From Alphaproteobacteria bacterium UBA3760 (GTDB lineage: Bacteria; Pseudomonadota; Alphaproteobacteria; Rs-D84), in NCBI GenBank assembly GCA_002371155.1, contig DFGC01000010.1, positions 740 to 64,739 on the forward strand: a stretch of DNA of 64,000 nucleotides, in the 5' to 3' direction. Each line of letters starts with the position of its first letter. Position 1 is the first letter of the stretch. Both the position numbers and the translations under genes were made by a program. The notes below the pieces were generated by a model. It ran no database searches and was not told where the DNA came from. It worked only from the letters and a program-made list of their open reading frames with translations. Below, in pieces: positions 41,331 through 50,494 of the stretch.

Positions 41331-42119
41331 ATGGCATTTAAATTAGGCGATTATGAAGTAAAAATTGCTAATAGTCTAGAAGAACGTCGCCAGGTTCGCG
41401 CGTTGCGATACAGATGTTTTGTTCAGGAAGAGGGCGCGTCTGCCACCCCAGAGCAAAAAAAACTGCGCGAAGAATGGGATAAATATGATGTTTTTGCGGA
41501 ATATTTAATCGTTTTGCATAATGGAAATGTTGTGGGAACATATCGTATAATAAATCGTGATGCGGCAGAAAAAATGGGCGGTTTTTATACAGAAACAGAA
41601 TTCGATATTTCTAAAATAAAAAAATCTGGGGCAAATATTGCGGAAATGTCGCGCGCATGTGTTGCACCCGAATATCGCGACAAGAAAATAATATTGCGAT
41701 TATTGTGGGCGGGATTGGATGAGTATATAAAAAATAACAATATCGACATATTGTTTGGTATGGCATCTTTTATGGGAACAAATCCAGAAAAATCGGCAAT
41801 GGCTTTGTCGTATCTGTATCATAATCATTTGGCATCCCCAGATTTACGCGCCAATGTTAAAAAAGCGCAAAATAACAAGAATCAAGATTTTACTAAAATG
41901 AATTTGGTGGCCCCTGATTTATTAGATTTAAGAACGGCACGTAATGAAATGCCCCCATTAATCAAAGGTTATTTGAATTTAAATGCAAAATTTGGCGATG
42001 GCGTATTCATTGATAAGAAGTTCAATTCTTACGAGGTTTTTGTTGTATTGCGAACACGCGATATAAACCCAGAATACAAACAACGTTTTTTATCGGGCTT
42101 GACACGTGCACGTAATTAA
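41331..42119 (+). CDS. olsB: OlsB-like GNAT N-acyltransferase (ornithine/amino-lipid synthesis; 'hemolysin-like'), copy 1
   Basis: RQVRALRYRCFVQEEGA ... VGTYRIINRD ... GFYTETEFD ... AEMSRACVAPEYR, the pattern of the OlsB/putative hemolysin acyltransferase family. It is followed by a PlsC-type acyltransferase. Confidence 0.75.
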   Translation: MAFKLGDYEVKIANSLEERRQVRALRYRCFVQEEGASATPEQKKLREEWDKYDVFAEYLIVLHNGNVVGTYRIINRDAAEKMGGFYTETEFDISKIKKSGANIAEMSRACVAPEYRDKKIILRLLWAGLDEYIKNNNIDILFGMASFMGTNPEKSAMALSYLYHNHLASPDLRANVKKAQNNKNQDFTKMNLVAPDLLDLRTARNEMPPLIKGYLNLNAKFGDGVFIDKKFNSYEVFVVLRTRDINPEYKQRFLSGLTRARN

Positions 42120-42206
42120 AGATATTTAGTAATTAAAATAAATCTGTTGATATATGGGGTTTGTTTTGCTATTCTTTTTACACAATATATAAAGGATAAA
42201 AAATAA

Positions 42207-43169
42207 ATGACTATAAAAGTTCGTGATTTCGAGGTGCGTTTAACCCGCACCAAAGAAGAACGTCGCCAGGTTCGCGCCTTGCGATATGCGGTCTTTGTCG
42301 AAGAAGAGGGTGCGTCTGCCACCGAAGAACAAAAAAACCTGCGCGAAGAATATGATTCTTATGACCGGTTTGCGGAATATTTGGGCGTGTTTCACAATGG
42401 GAAAATCGTTGGAACATATCGCATAATAAATCGCGATGCGGCGGAAAAAATGGGCGGTTTTTATACCGAAACAGAATTTGATATTTCTAAAATAAAAAAA
42501 TCTGGGGCAAATATTGCGGAAATGTCGCGCGCATGTGTTGCACCCGAATATCGCGAAAATGCGCTGGTTATGCGCCTGTTATGGGCGGGGTTGGGCGAAT
42601 ATATTGTTCGAAATAAAATTGGTATTGTTTTTGGTGTTGCGTCATGGACGGGAACAAATCCGGCGGCATCTGCCCAGGCGATTTCGTATTTGTATTATAA
42701 TCATTTATCACCATTGCGTTTGCGTGCGACGGTTGATACAACAAAATTGGTTGATGGGGTAAATCCGAAATTGACCCGCATGAATATTTTGCCGGCTGTT
42801 TTTGTTGATTCAAATATGGCGCGTCGTGAAATGACCCCGTTAATCAAGGGGTATCTGCGTATAAACGCGACATTTGGTCGTGGTGTGTTTATCGACAAAC
42901 CGTTTAACACATACGATGTGTTTGTCATGTTGCGAACCCGTGATATGAATGCGGTATATAAAAAACATTTTTTGGGAACAGATGAAACTTTTGACGGCGA
43001 AGATTTCGAATTGCCATCGAACTTTATCCAAACATTGGGTAAATTTATAACCACACCTGCCAAGGGTGCGGTGCGTGTTGTGCGTTCTGTATTCGCGTTT
43101 TTATTACGCGAAGATGCGGCGGATGCCGAATTTATCCAAGAAGACAAACCAACCGAAGAAGAGGAATAA
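42207..43169 (+). CDS. olsB: OlsB-like GNAT N-acyltransferase, copy 2 (longer C-terminus)
   Basis: Same motifs as copy 1, plus about 60 extra acidic C-terminal residues. Confidence 0.75.
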   Translation: MTIKVRDFEVRLTRTKEERRQVRALRYAVFVEEEGASATEEQKNLREEYDSYDRFAEYLGVFHNGKIVGTYRIINRDAAEKMGGFYTETEFDISKIKKSGANIAEMSRACVAPEYRENALVMRLLWAGLGEYIVRNKIGIVFGVASWTGTNPAASAQAISYLYYNHLSPLRLRATVDTTKLVDGVNPKLTRMNILPAVFVDSNMARREMTPLIKGYLRINATFGRGVFIDKPFNTYDVFVMLRTRDMNAVYKKHFLGTDETFDGEDFELPSNFIQTLGKFITTPAKGAVRVVRSVFAFLLREDAADAEFIQEDKPTEEEE

Positions 43170-43171
43170 AA

Positions 43172-44008
43172 ATGCGTGTTATGGCTGATAAATGCAAAAC
43201 AAATATTTTTGATAATATATCGGCGGTGTTTCGTGCGGTATTTTTTGTTGTAATTGTGTTTCTGCATTTGCCGATTTTGGTGATAATTCCACGCGGGCGG
43301 CTTTCTGTGAAATATATGCGGTTTTTTATGTGGACAATCGGGCTGCCGGTTGGTGTCCGGGTCAGAACGCATGGTAATTTATCAAAAAAACGTCCACTGA
43401 TGTGTGTTGCAAATCATATATCGGTGTTTGAATTATTTTCTATACCAATCGGATATGGTTGTTCATTTGTGGGAAAAATCGATATTGCATCATATCCATT
43501 GGTTGGTTGGATTGCAAAAAAGTTTGGTGTTGTGTTTGTTGACCGTCGCCCATCCCACGCGATTGAGGCTTTGGCGGCGATGTCAAAACAATTGCATACC
43601 GCGTCATACCCCGTTGTCATTTTTCCCGAGGGTACCACAACCAACGGCGCATATGTTCGCGAATTCAAATCTGCGATGTTTAATATGGTCGAAGAAATAA
43701 AAGATTTGACAATTCAACCATTGGTTATAACATATAAAACCCGTCGTGGCAAATGTGTTAATGACCAGGTTTTGGCAAACGATTACGCGTATTTTGACAA
43801 CGCGAAACAAACCGCCGGCCCCCGTTGCGAGGTTGAACGCAGTGCGTTTGGTCAAATATTTCATATTGCAAAACTGGGCGGAATTACGGTTGATATAACG
43901 GCATTGGAACCTGTATCGGTTGCCGGCAAAGACCGCAAAGAAATTGCAAAAATCTTGCATGATATAGTATCAAACAAATACATGGAATTAAAAGATAAAG
44001 AGATATAA
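43172..44008 (+). CDS. olsA: PlsC-family lysolipid O-acyltransferase (OlsA-like)
   Basis: N-terminal TM, acyltransferase block I (CVANHISVFE) and block III (VVIFPEGTTTNG). It is adjacent to the olsB-like genes. Confidence 0.75.
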   Translation: MRVMADKCKTNIFDNISAVFRAVFFVVIVFLHLPILVIIPRGRLSVKYMRFFMWTIGLPVGVRVRTHGNLSKKRPLMCVANHISVFELFSIPIGYGCSFVGKIDIASYPLVGWIAKKFGVVFVDRRPSHAIEALAAMSKQLHTASYPVVIFPEGTTTNGAYVREFKSAMFNMVEEIKDLTIQPLVITYKTRRGKCVNDQVLANDYAYFDNAKQTAGPRCEVERSAFGQIFHIAKLGGITVDITALEPVSVAGKDRKEIAKILHDIVSNKYMELKDKEI

Positions 44009-44010
44009 AA

Positions 44011-45447
44011 ATGAAAACGGCAATAACACCAACCAGAACTGAAAATTTTAGTGAATGGTATCAAAATTTAATTGTTGCGGCGGATTTGGCGGAAAATGCG
44101 CCTGTGCGTGGTTGCATGACGATAAAGCCATATGGTTGGGCAATTTGGGAACTGATGCGCGAACAAATGGACAAACGCATCAAGGCCGCGGGTGTTCAAA
44201 ATGCGAATTTCCCATTACTGATACCAATTGCATATTTTAATCGCGAGGCGGAACATGTCGCGGGTTTTGCCAAAGAGGCGGCGGTTGTCACACATTATCG
44301 TTTGAAAATGATTGACGGTAAATTGCAACCGGACCCCGATGCAGAATTAACGGAACCTTATGTTATTCGTCCAACATCCGAAACCATTATTGGCGAGGCT
44401 ATGTCCCGTTGGGTGCAATCTTGGCGTGATTTGCCGATGAAGTTGAATCAGTGGGTAAATGTTATGCGCTGGGAAATGCGGCCGCGTATGTTTTTGCGCA
44501 CATCGGAATTTAATTGGCAAGAAGGTCATAATGTTTTTGCAACCCACGAAGACGCAAATGCCGACGCAAAAAAAATGCACAAAATGTATGCGGACTATAT
44601 GCGGGATGTTTTGGCGGCCCCGGTTATTGCCGGTGAAAAAACACCCGAAGAAAGATTTGCCGGTGCCGACCACACATACACCGTCGAACAAATTATGCAA
44701 GATGGCAAGGCTTTACAGGCGGGCACATCACACGATTTGGGACAACATTTTGCAAAATCTTTTAATATTCAATATCTGGGAACCGATGGCAAATTACAAT
44801 ACGCATGGACGACATCTTGGGGAACATCAACCCGTATGATGGGCGGACTGTTTATGATTCATTCGGACGATGATGGTTTGGTTTTACCACCGGCCGTTGC
44901 GCCATATCAAATTGTGATTATTCCAATCGTTCGCGAAGAAAACACAGATGCATTAAATAAATATGCCGAAGATCTGGGCGAAAAATTGCGTGAATTGGAT
45001 TTGCGTGTTTTGGTGGACACGACCGATATGCGCGCACCTGATAAAATGTGGAAATGGATTAAACGCGGTGTGCCATTGCGTGTTGAAATCGGCGCGCGTG
45101 AAATGGAAAATAATTCTGTCACAATTACCCGTCGTGATTTGGGCAAAGAATCCAAACAAACGGTATCTGTGGACGAATTGTTGAAAACCGCACCCGATTT
45201 GATGAAACAAATGCAACGCGAAATGTATGAACGGGCGTTGGCGCGCCAGCAATCACAAATTCACGATGTTGCAACATTGGCGGATTTGGAACAAGAATTA
45301 GAACGCGGCACAACGGGATTTTTCCGCATTAAATATGATTTAACATTAAATGCGGAATTTGACGGATTGATTGAAAAATATAAAATCAGTCGCCGGTGTC
45401 TGGATGCGAATGACCCAAGTTTTGTCTATGTTGCAAAATCATATTAA
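44011..45447 (+). CDS. proS: Prolyl-tRNA synthetase (archaeal/eukaryote-like short type)
   Basis: 478 aa. The N-terminus FSEWYQNLIVAADLAENAPVRGCMTIKPYG, class II motifs and the terminal ...VAKSY are typical of the insertion-less ProRS type. Confidence 0.93.
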   Translation: MKTAITPTRTENFSEWYQNLIVAADLAENAPVRGCMTIKPYGWAIWELMREQMDKRIKAAGVQNANFPLLIPIAYFNREAEHVAGFAKEAAVVTHYRLKMIDGKLQPDPDAELTEPYVIRPTSETIIGEAMSRWVQSWRDLPMKLNQWVNVMRWEMRPRMFLRTSEFNWQEGHNVFATHEDANADAKKMHKMYADYMRDVLAAPVIAGEKTPEERFAGADHTYTVEQIMQDGKALQAGTSHDLGQHFAKSFNIQYLGTDGKLQYAWTTSWGTSTRMMGGLFMIHSDDDGLVLPPAVAPYQIVIIPIVREENTDALNKYAEDLGEKLRELDLRVLVDTTDMRAPDKMWKWIKRGVPLRVEIGAREMENNSVTITRRDLGKESKQTVSVDELLKTAPDLMKQMQREMYERALARQQSQIHDVATLADLEQELERGTTGFFRIKYDLTLNAEFDGLIEKYKISRRCLDANDPSFVYVAKSY

Positions 45448-45454
45448 AAAATAT

Positions 45455-45479
45455 CAGGGATTTTCATCCCTGTTTTTTT
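45455..45479 (+). terminator. Rho-independent terminator after proS
   Basis: CAGGGAT-TTTC-ATCCCTG followed by T7. Confidence 0.85.
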
Positions 45480-45542
45480 ATTAAAACAAATCCGGTTAAA
45501 TATGATATAATAAACAAAAAAAACAAGAGCAGGGGGGATTTT

Positions 45543-46466
45543 ATGAAAGTCGCAATTATTGGTTTGGGTTCGGTTGGTTCGGCGGTTGCAACCGCAATTA
45601 AAAATACAGGCCTGGTTCACGAAATGGTTTTGTTTGACCGCGATGCGGTCCGTAGTCAAGCGGCCGCGGCGGATTTGGGGCATGCGGCGGCTTTTTCGTT
45701 TGATGTAAAAATAACGGCTGCAAATTCGTATCGTGAAATCCGTGGTTCTGAAATAGTGGTGATTGCCGCCGGCGCGAATCAAAAACCGGGACAAACACGC
45801 ACAGATTTATTGTCGGCAAATGCAAATGTCATTCGCGATATTATCCCACGCGTCATGGCAAATACAGACCCCAAAACGATTAAAATAATTATCGTCACCA
45901 ATCCGTTGGATGTTATGGTGATGTTGGCGCGTGATTTGTCCGGCCTGCCATCCGCGCGGGTTATTGGAACGGGGACAATGTTGGATTCGGCGCGCCTGCG
46001 CACGATATTGGCACGTGCATTGGATGTGTCCCCAATGTCGATAAATGCGTATGTTTTGGGTGAACATGGCGATTCGTCGGTTGTGAATTGGGAATCGGCA
46101 TGTGTTGGTGCGATTCCATTAAATGATTTTTGTCGCACGACAAAAATACCTTTATCCCAAACAACGCGTCGCACGATTGAATATCGGGTTCACAACGCAG
46201 CCTATGAGATTATAAACGGTCGTGGTGCAACATGGGACGGTATTGGTGCCGCGGTAAATGATTTGTTGCGTTGCATAATAAACGATGAAAAAAGAATTTT
46301 AACTGTATCAACATGCGCGCCCAAAACAAACCTGGCGATGTCGATGCCAACGATTGTTGGTGCCGCCGGTGCAGTGCGTGTTTTGACACCACACCTGGCC
46401 CCCACAGAAAGCAAGGCTTTACATGCCAGTTCGCGCATCATCAAAAAAAATTACAACAATATTTAA
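45543..46466 (+). CDS. ldh: L-lactate dehydrogenase-type 2-hydroxyacid dehydrogenase
   Basis: Rossmann motif KVAIIGLGSVGSA, substrate Arg in LDSARLR, and catalytic His in LGEHGDS. The GEHGDS pattern points to LDH rather than MDH. Confidence 0.8.
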   Translation: MKVAIIGLGSVGSAVATAIKNTGLVHEMVLFDRDAVRSQAAAADLGHAAAFSFDVKITAANSYREIRGSEIVVIAAGANQKPGQTRTDLLSANANVIRDIIPRVMANTDPKTIKIIIVTNPLDVMVMLARDLSGLPSARVIGTGTMLDSARLRTILARALDVSPMSINAYVLGEHGDSSVVNWESACVGAIPLNDFCRTTKIPLSQTTRRTIEYRVHNAAYEIINGRGATWDGIGAAVNDLLRCIINDEKRILTVSTCAPKTNLAMSMPTIVGAAGAVRVLTPHLAPTESKALHASSRIIKKNYNNI

Positions 46467-46531
46467 TGGATTTTAATCGTATTTATTTGCATTAAATTTG
46501 CATTTATAATTGTGTCATAAGGAATTCTGAT

Positions 46532-46834
46532 ATGACACATGACGATATTGAATACGAAGTTTTGCCAGATGGATGTGGTTTTTGTGCCAAATGTCATGGC
46601 GAAAATATTGGTGAAATAACTTTCGTAAAAATTGGTATAGACAAATTGATGATTGACCACACATTCATAGAATCGAATTATCAAAATTTTCCGATTGCAT
46701 TTAACCTGGTAAATCGTGTTGTGAAATTGGCCCGCACCCAACATCGCAAGGTTTTAACAATATGTCCATCTGTTTTAAATGTTTTTGCCGGACATCCAGA
46801 ATTTGATGATGTGCGATTGATGAACGCACAATAA
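46532..46834 (+). CDS. Small GNAT-like N-acetyltransferase (YjdJ-type)
   Basis: 100 aa. The pattern GEITFVKIGIDKLMIDHTFIE ... LTICPSVLNVFAGHPEFDD matches the single-domain GNAT-like family. Confidence 0.6.
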   Translation: MTHDDIEYEVLPDGCGFCAKCHGENIGEITFVKIGIDKLMIDHTFIESNYQNFPIAFNLVNRVVKLARTQHRKVLTICPSVLNVFAGHPEFDDVRLMNAQ

Positions 46835-46917
46835 AATAAATGCAAATTTTTCATAAAAATATCTTGCGTGATTTGTATAGTATTTTCTATAATACCATCA
46901 CGATAAAAGGAGAATTT

Positions 46918-47499
46918 ATGAAAAATACATTTTTTGTGGCATTGATGGGGTTATGCTTGATTGGTGGGGCGAACGCCGCCAATATGACGATTTATTATTC
47001 GCCGACATGCCCGCATTGTCATCATGTCAAAGATTTCACAAACAACAATTTTATTTATGAATATCCAACAATAACGGTGACATTGGTTGATGCAACATTA
47101 CCTGAAAACAGAACAATGTTTATGGATACATTAAAGGCTTGTGATTTTTCATCGGGTGGTGTACCGGTGATTAAAATTGGCGACAAATGTTTCCAGGGAT
47201 TTTTGGAAACAATGGCGGACGAAATGCGTGCCGCGATAGAGGTTGACTTGTCCGATATGGAAAAGAAAAATGCATTGGATGTAAAAAATGCAATCGCGGC
47301 GGACGGGGACGCATATCGCGATGAACATCCAACACCGGTTGCGTCGGTTGTGGAATATACGGCGCAAACGGCGGATGTGGATACTGAAAAAAAAACTAGT
47401 GCATCTGATAACAAATTTGCATCGTGGACATTGGCGATTTTGGCATTTGTAATTTTGGTATTCAGTGTTGCCATGTCGCATCGCAAATCAAAAAAATAA
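46918..47499 (+). CDS. Exported thioredoxin/glutaredoxin-fold oxidoreductase with CPHC motif and C-terminal membrane anchor
   Basis: Start ATG 46918 follows AAAGGAG. Signal peptide, YYSPTCPHCHH active site, GVPVIKIG cis-Pro region, and a C-terminal TM (WTLAILAFVILVFSVAM). Confidence 0.65.
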   Translation: MKNTFFVALMGLCLIGGANAANMTIYYSPTCPHCHHVKDFTNNNFIYEYPTITVTLVDATLPENRTMFMDTLKACDFSSGGVPVIKIGDKCFQGFLETMADEMRAAIEVDLSDMEKKNALDVKNAIAADGDAYRDEHPTPVASVVEYTAQTADVDTEKKTSASDNKFASWTLAILAFVILVFSVAMSHRKSKK

Positions 47500-47517
47500 A
47501 AACAACAGGGTTAAATA

Positions 47518-48318
47518 ATGTTTGATTTAACAAGTCTGGATTATATTTATATTGTCGTGCTGTTGGCATCAACGGTGTGGGCAACGATTCGTGGTGGTGT
47601 ATATGAAACAATCGCAACATTGTCGTGGATTGCGGCGGCGATTGCGGCGCGTTTTGCATCCCCATGGTTGGATGGTGTTTTTCAATCATGGTTCAAATTG
47701 CCTGATTCCACCGTCGTGACATTGGTTGCGTCATATTTTGTTGTGTTCTTTGTAATATTGTTGATGGTGGGGTTTGTGAACCAAAGGTTGCGCGACAGAA
47801 TCCAAGAATCCATGATGAATGTGACCGACCATACATTGGGGGTTATATTTGGAATTATACGCGGAATTGTCGTTATGGGAATTGCGTATTGGGTTATGTT
47901 GTGGTATTTTTCAGATATCCCGCATATGCCTGCATGGATTGAAAATGCGCGCACGCGTCCGGTGATGCAATTGACGGCGGTGAAATTAGACGAATGGTTT
48001 TTACCGGGTGGTGAAAATAAATTGTTGGCGCGTGATGTGGCGGGCACGAAACAGGCGGACGAAATTTATAAAAATTTAATAAACCCGGCGGTGTCTGCGG
48101 TGAATGAAATTAAAAACGGTGAACCGCGTTCGCGTGATACAAATAAAAAATCTGAAACGACTAATCCTGCAACAAATGCCGCGACAAAACCGGCAACGCA
48201 AAAAAACGATGCCGATACCGGATACAAATCATCTGAACGGACCGCATTGGAAAACCAGTTGTTGCAAATCGAAACATCTGCGCGGGCGCATATGGAACGG
48301 GACAAAAATCAGAAATAA
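47518..48318 (+). CDS. cvpA: CvpA-family membrane protein with long hydrophilic tail
   Basis: CvpA-like N-terminus (LDYIYIVVLLASTVWATIRGGVYETIATLSWIAAAIAA) and four TM segments. Confidence 0.75.
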   Translation: MFDLTSLDYIYIVVLLASTVWATIRGGVYETIATLSWIAAAIAARFASPWLDGVFQSWFKLPDSTVVTLVASYFVVFFVILLMVGFVNQRLRDRIQESMMNVTDHTLGVIFGIIRGIVVMGIAYWVMLWYFSDIPHMPAWIENARTRPVMQLTAVKLDEWFLPGGENKLLARDVAGTKQADEIYKNLINPAVSAVNEIKNGEPRSRDTNKKSETTNPATNAATKPATQKNDADTGYKSSERTALENQLLQIETSARAHMERDKNQK

Positions 48319-48330
48319 TGATATATATAA

Positions 48331-48356
48331 AATCCCCGATTTATTGGGGATTTTTT
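48331..48356 (+). terminator. Rho-independent terminator after cvpA
   Basis: AATCCCC...GGGGATT hairpin followed by a T-run. Confidence 0.75.
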
Positions 48357-48431
48357 CTTGGGCAAATGTTCTTGGGGCGCATGCGTAATTTTTATGTCAA
48401 AATACAAGTGTAAAGCCCCAAAGGATAAAAA

Positions 48432-48929
48432 ATGTTATTAAAACCAAAAATATATATCACCGTATTATTTATCTATGAAATCGTCGCAGTAATGTTTTTG
48501 CATTGTCAAAACATGTGCACGCCTGTGCTTGGGATGACCGCATGCCAAGATTGGTTTCGGTATTTTGCCGCATGTATAGTTATCCCGGGATTAGTATCTT
48601 TGATATGGATGTGGGTTGACACAATATGTCATGCCTATCGCAACAGGTTTTTCCGCCGTGCGCGTGGCGCATTGGTTGATATATTGGACGGATTGCGCGA
48701 CCGGTTGTCTGAAAAAATATCGCGCGAAGATATTGAACGTTATATAACCGTTGCGTCATTATATGGCATAAAATACTATATGTCGCACAATGAAAAGTTC
48801 AGGGCGGTCTTGCACGAAATAGCCCCCGAAACCCGCGAATGGGATTTGGACGAAGACACGGAAACCAAACAAAATCGCGCCCGCAAAAATAAATCGAATC
48901 AAAATAAATCAAACCGTCGCAAAAAATAA
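48432..48929 (+). CDS. Hypothetical membrane protein with basic tail
   Basis: Two hydrophobic segments, several Cys, and a C-terminal K/R/N-rich tail. No family recognised. Confidence 0.45.
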   Translation: MLLKPKIYITVLFIYEIVAVMFLHCQNMCTPVLGMTACQDWFRYFAACIVIPGLVSLIWMWVDTICHAYRNRFFRRARGALVDILDGLRDRLSEKISREDIERYITVASLYGIKYYMSHNEKFRAVLHEIAPETREWDLDEDTETKQNRARKNKSNQNKSNRRKK

Positions 48930-48976
48930 AATTAAACGACGCAAAATTTATCCCCTTTTGTTTTGCCAAAAACGAC

Positions 48977-49005
48977 CACGCCGCATCTCGCGGCGTGTTT
49001 TTTTT
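48977..49005 (+). terminator. Rho-independent terminator
   Basis: CACGCCGC-ATCTC-GCGGCGTG followed by T8. Confidence 0.85.
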
Positions 49006-49060
49006 ATGAAAAATATATGCAATAAAAAAAATCCCACACAACATGCGGGACTTTTATTCC

Positions 49061-49136
49061 TGGTGCCAGTTGTCGGACTTGAACCAACGACCCTCTGATT
49101 ACAAATCAGATGCTCTACCAGCTGAGCTAAACTGGC
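49061..49136 (-). tRNA. trnT: tRNA-Thr (anticodon TGT)
   Basis: On the minus strand: GCCAGTTTAGCTCAGCTGGTAGAGC...TCTGA-TTTGTAA-TCAGA...GGTTCAAGTCC...CACCA. Standard 76-nt cloverleaf. Confidence 0.9.
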
Positions 49137-49466
49137 AATGTGAAATCATCTTATAATTTTTGTTTGATAAAATCAAGCATTTTTTATACGAAACTTGCTT
49201 TTTATGAAACGTTTAGTAAAATGACAGCGAAATAGTCAAAGGATTTAGCGATGATTTGTTTTGTAGAGTATTTGATTTTTCGCGAATTGCATCACCAATT
49301 AAAAATTTCGTATAAAGTCAGAGGAGAATCTGCACAATCTGATAGCAAAAATTCCCTTATTAAAATGGCACGTTTACAAGAATTGTTTATTGTGTTGCAT
49401 TCAATAAAACGAGCATATTATCAGGCTTGGCGCGACAACGAGGCGCGGGATTATTAAAAATGATTT

Positions 49467-49494
49467 TTGATAAATTGGCAAAATGTGCTATAAT
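49467..49494 (+). promoter_or_regulatory. Near-consensus sigma-70 promoter giving an apparently leaderless transcript
   Basis: TTGATA, 16 nt (ending TGC), TATAAT. The -10 element ends only 7 nt before the ATG at 49502, and no Shine-Dalgarno sequence is present. Confidence 0.55.
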
Positions 49495-49501
49495 TTAGCA
49501 T

Positions 49502-50494
49502 ATGTCGATATATAAACGAATTTTGCCTTGTTTTATTGCGCTATCCTGTATTCATAACGCGTATGCTGATGATACGGGTATGGCTTTGGCAGATTTGTAT
49601 TCTGTATATGAAACAACTTCTCAATTTTGTGATGGAATATCCGACCGGATATCGGCTGTGTCTGGGATATCAAAAATAAATACCGGGATAACGGCAACGG
49701 GAACTGTGGCGGCGGGTGGTGCATTATATGCCGGTATAAAAAAATCTGAAACCGATCAAGAAATCGCCGAATTGGCAAAGCAATTATGTGCCGATGGCGG
49801 TTGCGACCCAGACAAAGTCGAGGCGATGTCTGATCAAGAATTTTTCGATAAAATATTACCAACATTGATCGAAATGATATCGCGTTCCGAGTCAAATGCC
49901 GCTGAAAAAATGGCACAAAAATCTGAACTGGATGCCATGGTTGCAAAATCGAAACGGCTGGGAAATTGGCGCACAGGTTTATTGGCGGGAACGGTCGGCA
50001 CAAATGTTGCGTCGGCAATAATATCGGGATTAAATAAAAACCAATCTGATTTGATACAACAAATTTCTGCGTGCAATGTGGCGGTGGCACGATTGCGCGA
50101 ATATTATAATGCGGCATTGCAAAATGGTGTAAATCCAATTGAAAATCCGGTTATGCAAACATTCCAGACGACTATAACAAATTGTGGAACATTACAAATA
50201 TCTGATGTTGAAAAAATAGAAAAACGTATGACGGCGGTTTTTGGAACATCGATTGCGGGCGCGACGATTGGTGCGGTCGGGACCGGGACATCGATTGTGG
50301 CGAATACTGATAAAATTCGCAACGATAATTCTGATGCCGGTAAACAAACAGAAAAAACATTAAACACAATTTCAAATGTTGCGGCAGGAACAAATATCGC
50401 CACTGGAATCGTTGGAACAGGATTAAATATATCATTGATAACATTGACGCGCGATTTAATGCGCACTGCACAAAATTGCGAGGATACATTATGA
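49502..50494 (+). CDS. Secreted protein with glycine-zipper-like segments
   Basis: Signal peptide MSIYKRILPCFIALSCIHNAYA. Repeated G/A/T small-residue stretches (GTVAAGGALYAG, GTSIAGATIGAVGTGTS, AAGTNIATGIVGTG) and scattered Cys. No family recognised. Confidence 0.65.
   Translation: MSIYKRILPCFIALSCIHNAYADDTGMALADLYSVYETTSQFCDGISDRISAVSGISKINTGITATGTVAAGGALYAGIKKSETDQEIAELAKQLCADGGCDPDKVEAMSDQEFFDKILPTLIEMISRSESNAAEKMAQKSELDAMVAKSKRLGNWRTGLLAGTVGTNVASAIISGLNKNQSDLIQQISACNVAVARLREYYNAALQNGVNPIENPVMQTFQTTITNCGTLQISDVEKIEKRMTAVFGTSIAGATIGAVGTGTSIVANTDKIRNDNSDAGKQTEKTLNTISNVAAGTNIATGIVGTGLNISLITLTRDLMRTAQNCEDTL

Noticed and set aside
42701-43372. 223-aa minus-strand ORF
   Set aside because: It is antisense to the junction of the second olsB-like gene and the olsA-like gene, both of which have clear family motifs.
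49251-49457. 68-aa plus-strand ORF between tRNA-Thr and the leaderless promoter
   Set aside because: It has an AAGGA upstream, but the sequence has no recognisable features and it ends just before a strong promoter. I could not support it as a gene from sequence alone.
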